NCBI GenBank assembly: GCA_945879145.1 | Contig: CAMCUZ010000006.1 | Location: 5,790 to 69,789 of the forward strand | Reading direction: 5' to 3' | DNA: 64,000 bases | Source: an uncultured Mediterranea sp. | Lineage (GTDB): Bacteria > Bacteroidota > Bacteroidia > Bacteroidales > Bacteroidaceae | Shown: one piece after another, positions 25,280 to 33,923 of the stretch | Layout: each line of letters begins with the position of its first letter | Numbering within the stretch: position 1 is the stretch's first letter | Made by a program: the position numbers and the translations under genes | Notes under the pieces: model-generated | What the model saw: the letters and a program-made list of their open reading frames with translations, nothing else | Told to the model about the DNA's origin: nothing | Databases searched by the model: none

Positions 25280-26622
25280 TGAAACAACTGATTATAATTC
25301 TTTTTGCGCTACTCTATTCGTTTCCCCTCTCGTTGTGGGCCCAGGAACCGGATTGGGTGAAAAGTCACCCCGTCTCAGCGGAGGAGTATGTCGGCGTAGG
25401 AATGGCTGCGCTCAGTGATCCCGATTACGTGAAGACCGCTACGCAGAATGCATTGGCCGATATGGCCACACAGATAGCCCTCAAGGTGGAGAACAATTCG
25501 TTCCTCCAGACAGTGGATGTAGATGGTCATTCTCGCCAACTTTTTGAGGATAAGATTCAGACCTCGCTGGCCGCTTGGCTGGAGGGGCAACAGTTGAAAG
25601 ACTCCTACCGCTCCGAGCGCAACTACTACGTGCTCTATACGCTCTCCAAGAAGAGCTACCAAGCCAATGTGGAGGAGCGCCGCAGGCAGGTGGCCTCCAC
25701 GGGCTACCATTATCTGCTGGAGGGGGCTCAGGCGGAGTCTATCATGGACTTGACGCGTGCCGTAGAACTCTATGCCAAGGGCTTGCAGGAGGTTGAACCC
25801 TGGCTCTTCCTCAATCTGGAGGTGGTGGAGGATGGTCAACGAATCAACGTGGCCAACGAGCTCTACACCTCGCTGACCAAGGTGTTCAGCGGACTGGCCT
25901 TGACCACCAACGTGCAGCAGGTGGAGGGTGAACCCTTCAAGGCAGTTGCTACACCGATAGCCGGCTGCCTGTCGCGTGGCGGTGTGGTGGTACCTGGTGT
26001 GAAGTTGGCGGCTCGTTTTGTAAAAGGAAGTGGCGAACTGACCCCGCCCATCGTGACCGACCATAACGGCACCTCGGAGTTCTACATCAGCAACATCACC
26101 TCGAAGGAGGCGGTGCAGGAGGTACGTATCGCTATTGACGATAGTTTCCTGGCTTCGCTGCCCAAGGCCTACGTGCAGATGGTGCAGCAGCAGTCGTGGC
26201 CATCAGCCAAGGTGACTGTCACGCTAAAGGCACAGCCCGTGCTGGCTTACCTCTATGTTAAGGACGACAACGACCTAGAAGGCATTGAACGTAACTTGCG
26301 CAGTCTGCTCACCAACAACTACTTCTCGCTCACGGAAGACCCTGATGCAGCCCTCTGTTTTATCGAGCTCTCTTCGTCGATAGAGATGGGCAGTGTGGTG
26401 CCCGGTACCACTACCGACTTGAACAGCTGCCTCTGCTCGCTGGAACTGAAGTTTTACAACAACAAGAGTGAACAGCTGCTGCTCAACTATAGTTTGAACC
26501 GCATCAAGGTACTCACACCGGTCAATAAGAGTGCGGAGCAGAGTCTGGCCATGTGCGTGCGCGAGGTGATGAAGCGCGTCAACCGTGAATTGCCTGCTCA
26601 ACTCAAGAAAATGAATTTTTGA
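25279..26622 (+). CDS. Exported protein with N-terminal LPP20-like domain
   Basis: Signal peptide followed by PDWVKSHP..YVGVGMA..ATQNALADMATQIALKV. The start overlaps the upstream stop (TGATG). Confidence 0.65.
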   Translation: MKQLIIILFALLYSFPLSLWAQEPDWVKSHPVSAEEYVGVGMAALSDPDYVKTATQNALADMATQIALKVENNSFLQTVDVDGHSRQLFEDKIQTSLAAWLEGQQLKDSYRSERNYYVLYTLSKKSYQANVEERRRQVASTGYHYLLEGAQAESIMDLTRAVELYAKGLQEVEPWLFLNLEVVEDGQRINVANELYTSLTKVFSGLALTTNVQQVEGEPFKAVATPIAGCLSRGGVVVPGVKLAARFVKGSGELTPPIVTDHNGTSEFYISNITSKEAVQEVRIAIDDSFLASLPKAYVQMVQQQSWPSAKVTVTLKAQPVLAYLYVKDDNDLEGIERNLRSLLTNNYFSLTEDPDAALCFIELSSSIEMGSVVPGTTTDLNSCLCSLELKFYNNKSEQLLLNYSLNRIKVLTPVNKSAEQSLAMCVREVMKRVNRELPAQLKKMNF

Positions 26623-26655
26623 TTCGTAAAATCCCTTTTAAATAGTACAGAAGAT

Positions 26656-27207
26656 ATGAAGAAAATGACTTGGATAATTGTGGCCATGCTGACCTTGACA
26701 CTGGGTAGCTGCGCCTCGAAAAAAGTGCAGAAGAGTCCGATTAAGACCTTCGTGATGCCTTGCTCACAGTTGGTGAGCAGTGATGGTGTGCTGCGTGCAT
26801 GGGCCGTGGGTAAGTCGGACAACGAGAATACCGCCCGCAAGAAGGCACAGACCGAGGCGGCTGCAGAGCTGGCTGCCATTCTGGGCCGAACGGTTGAGGC
26901 GATGACGGAGGAGTACTCCACCTCATTATCGGGTGGCGAACAGGGTGAGTCGCGTACGCTGCTGAAAGATAAGGTGAAGGTGACCATCAACGAAACCCTG
27001 CAGGGTGCCACCATTGCGTGCGACCAATGGACCCACGACGAGACCACGGGGCAGTATGCCAATTACATGGTGCTTGAGCTGCAAGGGGAAGAGTTCTTGA
27101 AGAAGCTTTTTGAGCGCCTTGGTAAGAATAACAAGGTGGATCAGGGTTTACTTCGTAAGATTTTCTTGGAGCAGATTGAAGAGGCTGGCAAGAAGCAACA
27201 ACACTAA
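26656..27207 (+). CDS. LPP20-like lipoprotein
   Basis: Lipobox LGSC, AVGKSDNENTARKKAQTEAAAELA and a reading frame in the cluster's orientation. Confidence 0.7.
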   Translation: MKKMTWIIVAMLTLTLGSCASKKVQKSPIKTFVMPCSQLVSSDGVLRAWAVGKSDNENTARKKAQTEAAAELAAILGRTVEAMTEEYSTSLSGGEQGESRTLLKDKVKVTINETLQGATIACDQWTHDETTGQYANYMVLELQGEEFLKKLFERLGKNNKVDQGLLRKIFLEQIEEAGKKQQH

Positions 27208-27237
27208 CCCTGTTCCTTTAAGGAGCACTACATCTAC

Positions 27238-27276
27238 TCAAAAGCTTGTCCTTCATGCAGAGGGGCAAGCTTTTGA
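27238..27276. terminator. Bidirectional intrinsic terminator closing the accessory cluster
   Basis: TCAAAAGCTTGTCCTTC-ATGCA-GAGGGGCAAGCTTTTGA hairpin between convergent genes. Confidence 0.75.
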
Positions 27277-27308
27277 GTTTTTATCAGCATCTTAGGGGAT
27301 GCGGTACC

Positions 27309-29003
27309 TCAAAATGGTGGATGGCTTTCGAAGGTGAGGCGTTCGCCGGTGATAGGGTGGGTGAAGCTGAGATGGGTGGCGTGGAGGTACAGCCGCTCGT
27401 CAGGGGTGCCATAGAGTCGATCGCCAAGGATGGGAGTGGCTAATCCAGAGGGATGAGCCGCATGGACACGCAACTGGTGAGTGCGTCCTGTAAGGGGGAA
27501 GAAGGCGATGCGGGTCTGGCCCTGGTAGCGTGCAATGACCTCATAACGGGTGAGGGCGGGCTTGCCATGGAGCGGGTGAACCATCTGGCGAGGGCGGTCG
27601 AAGGGATCCAGGCAGAGGGGGAGGTCGATGATACCTTCTGAATGGGCGTAGAGGAGTTCGCCTTGCAGCAGCGCTTCGTAGCGCTTCTCCACGGTGCGGT
27701 CGGTAAACTGCTGCTGCAGGTGGCGGTAGGCTTCGGGGGTTAAGGCCAGAAGCAGCACGCCCGAAGTGTCCATATCCAGGCGGTGTACCAAAAGTGGACC
27801 TTCGGCTTGGGGGTAGCGACGGCGAGCCCATGCGTAGAGTGAGGGAAGGGAGGAGTCCTTACCCGGTACGCTGCAGAGTCCCGCGGGCTTCACGACCACA
27901 GCGATGGCATCGTCTTCATAGAGCAACTCGATTTCCTTCTCTTCAGAGGTCTCATGTGGAGAGGATGTGTTCAATCCCTGCAGCATGAAGGCTAACAGTG
28001 GACCGCATTTGCCGCGGCAGGCTGGGTAGAAGGTGCCTGGGGTACGTATCTCGGTGAGCGGTGAGGGGCCCCACCACCATTCGGCTAAGGCCAGTGGACG
28101 CAGCTGGTGGTTGTAGGCATACTGCAGGAGCTTGGGTGCAGCACAATCGCCTGTCCCTGCGGGAGGGGCTTGGCATGTGAGTCCTTTTAGCTCACCTTCA
28201 GCCGTACCGCAAGGAGTTGTAAAGAGTTGCCAAATGGTGGTCTGCTCGCCCCGTGCATTACGTACGATATACTGCTCGAAGAGCCACTGCTGCAGTGCTG
28301 ATGAGCGCTGTTTGCGCTCCTGCTTGAGTTGCTGCAATCTCTCTTCTTGCTCGTTCACTCGTTGTTCGAGGGGCGTTAACTGTTGCAGCAGGGAGCGCTC
28401 CTTGCGTTTATACTCCGCTTTTTGAAACTGGCTCTCCTTGATAAGGCGTGCCTCGTCAGCGGTGGTCAGCTCTCCTTGCTGCCGCAGCAACTGTCGGGCC
28501 TCTTTCGCTTCAGCTAGCTGTTTGCGCATGGCAGCCAGTAGCTTGTCATTTTCACTACGTTGCTCCATCAGTGCCCGTCGAGCTTCATGGTAGTCAGCGC
28601 GCTCCTGCAGCTCCTTAATGTGGCGGTTTATGCAGCTGATTTGTGCCTCTTCACGCCTGAAGTATCCCTCAGGCAGGGTAGGGTCGAAGAGGGGTGGTAC
28701 AAACCAGGGATGCACACTACGGCCCATCAGCAGTCCCGAAAAGGCTGCGAGAAATCCTACTTCTCCTTCGGACGTTTCCACCACGAGCACACCCATCATT
28801 TTCCCCTCGAGGGCTGTTGGGGGCTTGATTGTGTTGCAGGTCTGTCTCTTTGTCGCTGTAGCAAGCCGCTCCAGTTCTGCTTCTACCAGTTTGACAGCCT
28901 CTATGCAGAGGGGGTGTGGGGTGTAGCAGAAGGGGTTATTGAGCTGCTCAGGAAGTTCCTCGGAAGCAATGGACCGCGTAAAATGATGCAGCAGTTTGTT
29001 CAT
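27309..29003 (-). CDS. RluA-family pseudouridine synthase (long Bacteroidales form)
   Basis: VKPAGLCSVPG, VHRLDMDTSG and GRTHQLRVH motifs, with an N-terminal FCYTPHPLC/GKMMGVL/CAAPKLLQ extension. Start reassigned to MNKLL. Confidence 0.92.
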   Translation of the reverse strand: MNKLLHHFTRSIASEELPEQLNNPFCYTPHPLCIEAVKLVEAELERLATATKRQTCNTIKPPTALEGKMMGVLVVETSEGEVGFLAAFSGLLMGRSVHPWFVPPLFDPTLPEGYFRREEAQISCINRHIKELQERADYHEARRALMEQRSENDKLLAAMRKQLAEAKEARQLLRQQGELTTADEARLIKESQFQKAEYKRKERSLLQQLTPLEQRVNEQEERLQQLKQERKQRSSALQQWLFEQYIVRNARGEQTTIWQLFTTPCGTAEGELKGLTCQAPPAGTGDCAAPKLLQYAYNHQLRPLALAEWWWGPSPLTEIRTPGTFYPACRGKCGPLLAFMLQGLNTSSPHETSEEKEIELLYEDDAIAVVVKPAGLCSVPGKDSSLPSLYAWARRRYPQAEGPLLVHRLDMDTSGVLLLALTPEAYRHLQQQFTDRTVEKRYEALLQGELLYAHSEGIIDLPLCLDPFDRPRQMVHPLHGKPALTRYEVIARYQGQTRIAFFPLTGRTHQLRVHAAHPSGLATPILGDRLYGTPDERLYLHATHLSFTHPITGERLTFESHPPF

Positions 29004-29016
29004 GGCGGGAGCGGCG

Positions 29017-29220
29017 TCAATCGTCGGTAAGGAGATTATCGTCGTTGCGGATGGGCAGTTCATCGCTGCTGTCGTAAGCCGTTGGGGTACTGCTTCCACC
29101 CTCAGGAGGAGTTGAATGCATGCGGCGAGCCCGCTTCTTACCCAGGCGCTTTTCACGTTCCCAGGCTGCTTTTCGTGCTTCGTACGAGGCGTATTGCCTC
29201 TCTAAGTAATTGTCTGCCAT
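29017..29220 (-). CDS. Small basic hypothetical protein (MADNYLERQY...)
   Basis: Sits between two co-directional genes with short gaps. The MADNYLE start resembles small Bacteroidales proteins (from recall). Confidence 0.55.
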   Translation of the reverse strand: MADNYLERQYASYEARKAAWEREKRLGKKRARRMHSTPPEGGSSTPTAYDSSDELPIRNDDNLLTDD

Positions 29221-29224
29221 AGTT

Positions 29225-30025
29225 CTAGTATTTCGCTTTGATTTGGGGAAGGGCCTTTTGGATTTCAGCAATGCGTTGGGCATCGGTAGGGTGGGTGCTA
29301 AGCAGGGCTGGGGTTTTGGAGCTACTGCCTGCAGACATCTTCTGCCAGAAGGTGATGGCTACGTCGGGCTTGTAGCCGGCCATACGCATGAAGATCAGTC
29401 CCATGTAGTCGGCTTCCAGCTCGTGCTTTCGTGAGTAGGGGAGCATCACACCATACTGCGCTCCCAGGCCATAGACCGAGGTGGCAATCTGCCGTACCGC
29501 ACTGCTCTTCTGCGACAGGGACTGGTTGAGGATTTGTGCGCCATATTGTGCCAAAATCTGCTGGCTCATGCGCTCGTTGCTATGCTTGGCTACGGCGTGG
29601 GCCACCTCATGGCCTATTACTACGGCTAACTCATCGTCAGAACCTACCACCTTCATCAGCCCTTCATAGACCACAATCTTGCCCCCAGGCATGCAGAAAG
29701 CATTGATTTGCTCATCTTTAACGAGGGTAAACTCCCACTCAAAGTTCTTCAGCTCGGCCTCCAGACCATTTTCTTTCAGGTAGCGCTCGGTAGCTGTTGC
29801 AATCTGTTGTCCAACGCGTGTCACCATAGCCGACTGCGTCTTTTGCGTTGAGCGTGGGGCACTCTTCATATATTCGTTGTACTGCGTCAAACTGGAGGCC
29901 AGTACCTCCTGGTCAGAAACGAGCAGCAACTGATGACGACCGGTGACGGGTACCGAACCGCAACTACAAAGGATAGTGCTAATTCCTATCCACAACAAGA
30001 ATTTATTCAAATAGGTTTTCTTCAT
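29225..30025 (-). CDS. M48 family zinc metallopeptidase lipoprotein
   Basis: Lipobox LCSC, NAFCMPGGKI, GHEVAH, HELEADYMG and LLSTHP motifs. Confidence 0.92.
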   Translation of the reverse strand: MKKTYLNKFLLWIGISTILCSCGSVPVTGRHQLLLVSDQEVLASSLTQYNEYMKSAPRSTQKTQSAMVTRVGQQIATATERYLKENGLEAELKNFEWEFTLVKDEQINAFCMPGGKIVVYEGLMKVVGSDDELAVVIGHEVAHAVAKHSNERMSQQILAQYGAQILNQSLSQKSSAVRQIATSVYGLGAQYGVMLPYSRKHELEADYMGLIFMRMAGYKPDVAITFWQKMSAGSSSKTPALLSTHPTDAQRIAEIQKALPQIKAKY

Positions 30026-30071
30026 GATGTTTCTATTGTTTGATTGATGTTTTTGTCTTTGTCTCCATCGC

Positions 30072-31631
30072 CTACTCTTTGGGGTGGTAGAGTGCTTCGA
30101 TGCCTCCCTCAAGCGATATCTGGCGTGGGGCACTCTCATTACCGTAGCGGTCAATGGCGCTCACGGCAAAGTGGGTGAAGGCTTCCAGTGGATGCAGGGG
30201 AGCATAGACGAAGGTGGTGTCGGTCACGGAGGTGGCGATGATGTGCCGGCTCTGCGAGGTATCAACGGGTGTGGTGGTAGAACCATAGACTACATAGCGC
30301 GGGGCATTGCGCAGGTCGTTGTCAGTGGAGGGACTCCAGGTCAGCTGCAGGTAGCCCGGAGCAATAGGCTCTACGCGTAACGAGTCGGGTGTGGATGGAG
30401 CTTGGTTGTCTAGCCAGGGCATGGGTGGCTGTAGGGCAGGGTAGCGATAGTCGTTGGTGGCCAGCAAATCATAGAGACCCTGTGTGTTGTCCATTAAGTA
30501 TTTGACGCGGTAATGTGCTTCACCTGCCAGTCCGTGGGTACGGCAGAATTGCATCTGCCGCTTGATGTCGCTGAGGCTCCAGTTGCCTTCGCGCGGGTCG
30601 AGGAAGTAGATACCCAGCCCAGGTACCACGTGGCGACCACACGACTGTTCCTGCCAGTCGAGTGCAAAGGGGTAGAAGTTGTTGCCTCGGAAGTAGAGCA
30701 TCGGGTAGATTTGGTCTTGAATGCCTTCTCCCAGCCAGCCCTGCACATCTTGATAGACTGTCTGGAAGGCGTTCCATCCGCGTGACGAGTAACGGGGCGT
30801 ATCGTTGTATTTCCCTACGGGGCTACTGCTCACCTTGACCCAGGGCTTCAGCGCCTTGACCGCCCCGTAGAGGGTGCGTACCAGTTCTGAAAGGTTGTCG
30901 CGACGCCATTGATCCAGTGAGCGGCCGTTGCCGTAGCGACGGAATTCGCGTTGGTCAGCAAAGCGGTTGCCAACCCGTTCTGGGTAGCGCAGGTAGTCGA
31001 AGTGCACCCCATCTACGTCGTAGCTGCTCACAATCTCCTCTACAATGGAGCGTAGGTAGAGTTTGGTGTCGGGGTGGCCCGGGTTCAGAAAATACTCCCG
31101 TTTGTAGGGTACGCAGATGGCAGGTTTGCGTTTCACCACCGACTTTGGGCCGAGCGAGGCCACATGCTTGCGGTTGCCCAATGGAATGGTCACTACCCAG
31201 GCATGACACTCCATGCCGCGCTTATGACACTCCTCCACGGCAAAGGTTAGTGGGTCATAGCCTGGTGATACTCCCATCTTTCCCGTCAGAATGGCATTGT
31301 AGGGCTCAATCTGCGAGTCATAGATTACGTCGCCACGGGTGCGCGTCTGGAAGAGTACCGTGTTGAAATGGGCCGCTTGCAACTGGTCGAGTATCTCAAT
31401 GAGCTCCTCTTTTTGCTTAAGGATGGAGCTTGGGGTCACGGCGCGTGTGCGGGGCCAGTCGAGTCCATAGACTGCTGTCACCCAGGCTGCACGTACCTCG
31501 TGCTTAGGTGCCTCTTGGGCCTGAATAGAGGGGGCTCCTCCCATGCCTATCAGCAAGAGTAGCCACATGTGCAGGTAGCCGATGGCACCCGCATGATGCG
31601 TCATATAGGGGATGATAATCAATCTCTTCAT
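30072..31631 (-). CDS. GHL10/DUF187 (YddW-like) glycoside hydrolase with C-terminal FN3-like domain
   Basis: EVRAAWV, FQTRTRGD, YDPL, ECHAW, LNPGHP and YDVDGVHFDYLRYP motifs. Confidence 0.88.
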   Translation of the reverse strand: MKRLIIIPYMTHHAGAIGYLHMWLLLLIGMGGAPSIQAQEAPKHEVRAAWVTAVYGLDWPRTRAVTPSSILKQKEELIEILDQLQAAHFNTVLFQTRTRGDVIYDSQIEPYNAILTGKMGVSPGYDPLTFAVEECHKRGMECHAWVVTIPLGNRKHVASLGPKSVVKRKPAICVPYKREYFLNPGHPDTKLYLRSIVEEIVSSYDVDGVHFDYLRYPERVGNRFADQREFRRYGNGRSLDQWRRDNLSELVRTLYGAVKALKPWVKVSSSPVGKYNDTPRYSSRGWNAFQTVYQDVQGWLGEGIQDQIYPMLYFRGNNFYPFALDWQEQSCGRHVVPGLGIYFLDPREGNWSLSDIKRQMQFCRTHGLAGEAHYRVKYLMDNTQGLYDLLATNDYRYPALQPPMPWLDNQAPSTPDSLRVEPIAPGYLQLTWSPSTDNDLRNAPRYVVYGSTTTPVDTSQSRHIIATSVTDTTFVYAPLHPLEAFTHFAVSAIDRYGNESAPRQISLEGGIEALYHPKE

Positions 31632-31786
31632 GGTTAAAACATGCCAAAATTGGGTCTTTATAGACCCTTTTGGCTGCGAAGATACGGAAAAGTGGCGATT
31701 ATTGTGCGTTTTTTCTTCAAAAAGCATTATTTTTGCATCCAATTTAACGGAGCATAGGCTCTTTGTATATTAAAATTATAACACGA

Positions 31787-33247
31787 ATGATTACTTTTAC
31801 GCTCTGTCTGCTGCTTTTGGTTGCAGGCTATTTCACTTACGGACGGTTTGTGGAGCGGATTTTTGGCCCTGATGACCGTCCTACACCGGCTACTACCAAG
31901 GCCGATGGTGTGGACTACATTCCCCTGCCCACTTGGAAGATTTTCATGATTCAGTTCCTTAATATTGCAGGACTGGGTCCAATTTTCGGAGCTATCATGG
32001 GAGCCCAGTTTGGTACCGCTTCCTATCTTTGGATTGTTCTCGGCACCCTGTTTGCCGGAGCCGTTCATGATTTCCTGTCGGGCTGTCTCTCCCTGCGCAA
32101 TGAGGGGGAGAGTCTTCCGCAACTCATTGGCCGCTATCTGGGCTCCACCATGCAGAAGGCTGTGGGTATCTTCACCGTGGTACTGATGGTACTGGTAGCA
32201 GCCGTCTTTGTTTCTGGCCCTGCCGAGCTTCTGGCTGGCATGACCCCCTCGTGGCTCAATGCCTACATCTGGATTGCCATCATCTTTGTCTATTACGTGC
32301 TGGCTACCATGCTACCTGTAGATAAAATTATAGGGCGATTTTATCCACTCTTTGCCATAGCACTGATTTTTATGGCTGTGGGTATCTTGGTGATGCTCTA
32401 CGTGAAGCACCCCGCACTGCCCGAGCTATGGACCGGCTTCGGTACCAAGTATGAACAGAACCCCATCTTCCCCATGATGTTCATTTCTATTGCTTGTGGT
32501 GCCATCAGTGGTTTCCATGCCACACAGAGCCCCTTGATGGCCCGATGCATGACCAGCGAGCGCCATGCACGCCCTATCTTCTACGGCGCCATGGTGACCG
32601 AGGGTATTGTTGCCTTGATTTGGGCCGCAGCAGCTACCTGCTTCTTTGGTGAGCATGGTATCGTGGATGAAGCTACGGGTAAGAATTTCTCAGGTGCCAT
32701 GGTGGCAACGGCTATCTCACGGAGTTGGTTGGGGCCTGTGGGCGGTGTGCTGGCTATTCTCGGCATTGTGGCTGCACCGATAACCAGTGGAGATACGGCG
32801 CTTCGTTCGGCCCGTTTGATTCTGGCGGACTTCTTCCACATAGCGCAACGTTCCATCAGCAAGCGACTGCTGCTCTGCATTCCTCTCTTCTTGGTCACCA
32901 TGGGCTTGCTCATCTTCAGTTTGAGCGACGCCCAGGGATTCAAGATTATCTGGCGCTACTTTGCCTGGGCCAATCAGACATTGGCCACCATCACCCTATG
33001 GGCGCTCACCGCATGGCTGGTCAAGCGAAAAGGAGGTTCCTCCTGGACGCCGTGGATTACGTTGATACCTGCCCTCTTCATGACTGCAGTTTGCACATCG
33101 TATATCTGCGTGGCTCCTGAAGGCTTTGGCCAGCTGGGCGTTTCTCTAAGTGCTGCACCCCAGGTAGCTCTCGTCGTATTGCTTGTCGCTCTCTTCCTCT
33201 ATGTACGGTGGCTGAATAAACAAAAGCAGCTACGACGTGATGAATAG
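31787..33247 (+). CDS. cstA: Carbon starvation protein A (peptide/pyruvate transporter family)
   Basis: IAGLGPIFGA, GAVHDF, ACGAISGFHATQSP and PITSGDTALRS motifs. Promoter box TATTTTTG at 31728-31735. Confidence 0.93.
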   Translation: MITFTLCLLLLVAGYFTYGRFVERIFGPDDRPTPATTKADGVDYIPLPTWKIFMIQFLNIAGLGPIFGAIMGAQFGTASYLWIVLGTLFAGAVHDFLSGCLSLRNEGESLPQLIGRYLGSTMQKAVGIFTVVLMVLVAAVFVSGPAELLAGMTPSWLNAYIWIAIIFVYYVLATMLPVDKIIGRFYPLFAIALIFMAVGILVMLYVKHPALPELWTGFGTKYEQNPIFPMMFISIACGAISGFHATQSPLMARCMTSERHARPIFYGAMVTEGIVALIWAAAATCFFGEHGIVDEATGKNFSGAMVATAISRSWLGPVGGVLAILGIVAAPITSGDTALRSARLILADFFHIAQRSISKRLLLCIPLFLVTMGLLIFSLSDAQGFKIIWRYFAWANQTLATITLWALTAWLVKRKGGSSWTPWITLIPALFMTAVCTSYICVAPEGFGQLGVSLSAAPQVALVVLLVALFLYVRWLNKQKQLRRDE

Positions 33248-33387
33248 TACACAGAAGGAAGGGGGGGGGCTCAAGTCTCAACCTTTGCGTGTAGAAGATA
33301 TGGGACAAAGAGGATTTCTGCACGAAGTATATTGAAGAATATTGTAGAACAAGCGAAACTTAACTAACATATTAACAGATTTACACA

Positions 33388-33885
33388 ATGAGAAAGATTG
33401 CATTAATGATTTGCCTGTTGGTGGTCACAGTAGCTGCTCAGGCTCAGTTCGAGAAAGGTAAATGGTTCGTCAACCCTTCGGTTTCGGGATTGGCGCTGAG
33501 TCATGATACGGAGAGTGGCAAGACCACTTTTGGTCTGGAGGCCCAGGGGGGTGCGTTCCTGGTGGACAACCTTGCCCTGTTGATTGATCTGGCTGGTGCT
33601 TGGAACGCCTATGGAAGCGATGTGGATATCTACAGCGCTGGTGTGGGGTGCCGCTACTACTTCGATAAGGTAGGTGTCTATGTAGGTGCCAACTTGGGTG
33701 CGAACCGCTACGAGGTGAACTATGATGGGGACAACGATGGTCGTACCCTCTGTCGCTTTGGCCTGGAGGCAGGTTATGCCTTCTTCCTCTCGCGTAATGT
33801 GACCATCGAACCTGCTGCTTACTGGAACGTGGATAAAGATCGCTCACAGTATGGACTCAAGGTTGGCTTCGGATTCTACTTTTAA
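33388..33885 (+). CDS. Small outer-membrane beta-barrel protein
   Basis: Signal peptide ending AQAQ, alternating strands and C-terminal VGFGFYF. Confidence 0.85.
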   Translation: MRKIALMICLLVVTVAAQAQFEKGKWFVNPSVSGLALSHDTESGKTTFGLEAQGGAFLVDNLALLIDLAGAWNAYGSDVDIYSAGVGCRYYFDKVGVYVGANLGANRYEVNYDGDNDGRTLCRFGLEAGYAFFLSRNVTIEPAAYWNVDKDRSQYGLKVGFGFYF

Positions 33886-33923
33886 ATTCATCAACGAAAC
33901 AACATCAAAATCGTTACTCCGCA

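Noticed and set aside
23047-27207. Flagellar or curli secretion locus
   Set aside because: Only fold-level resemblance. No flagellar, csgA/B/E/F or other secretion core genes are present.
15516-27207. Prophage, ICE or diversity-generating retroelement
   Set aside because: No integrase, relaxase, phage structural gene, reverse transcriptase or TR/VR pair was seen, and no clear att-like flanking direct repeats.
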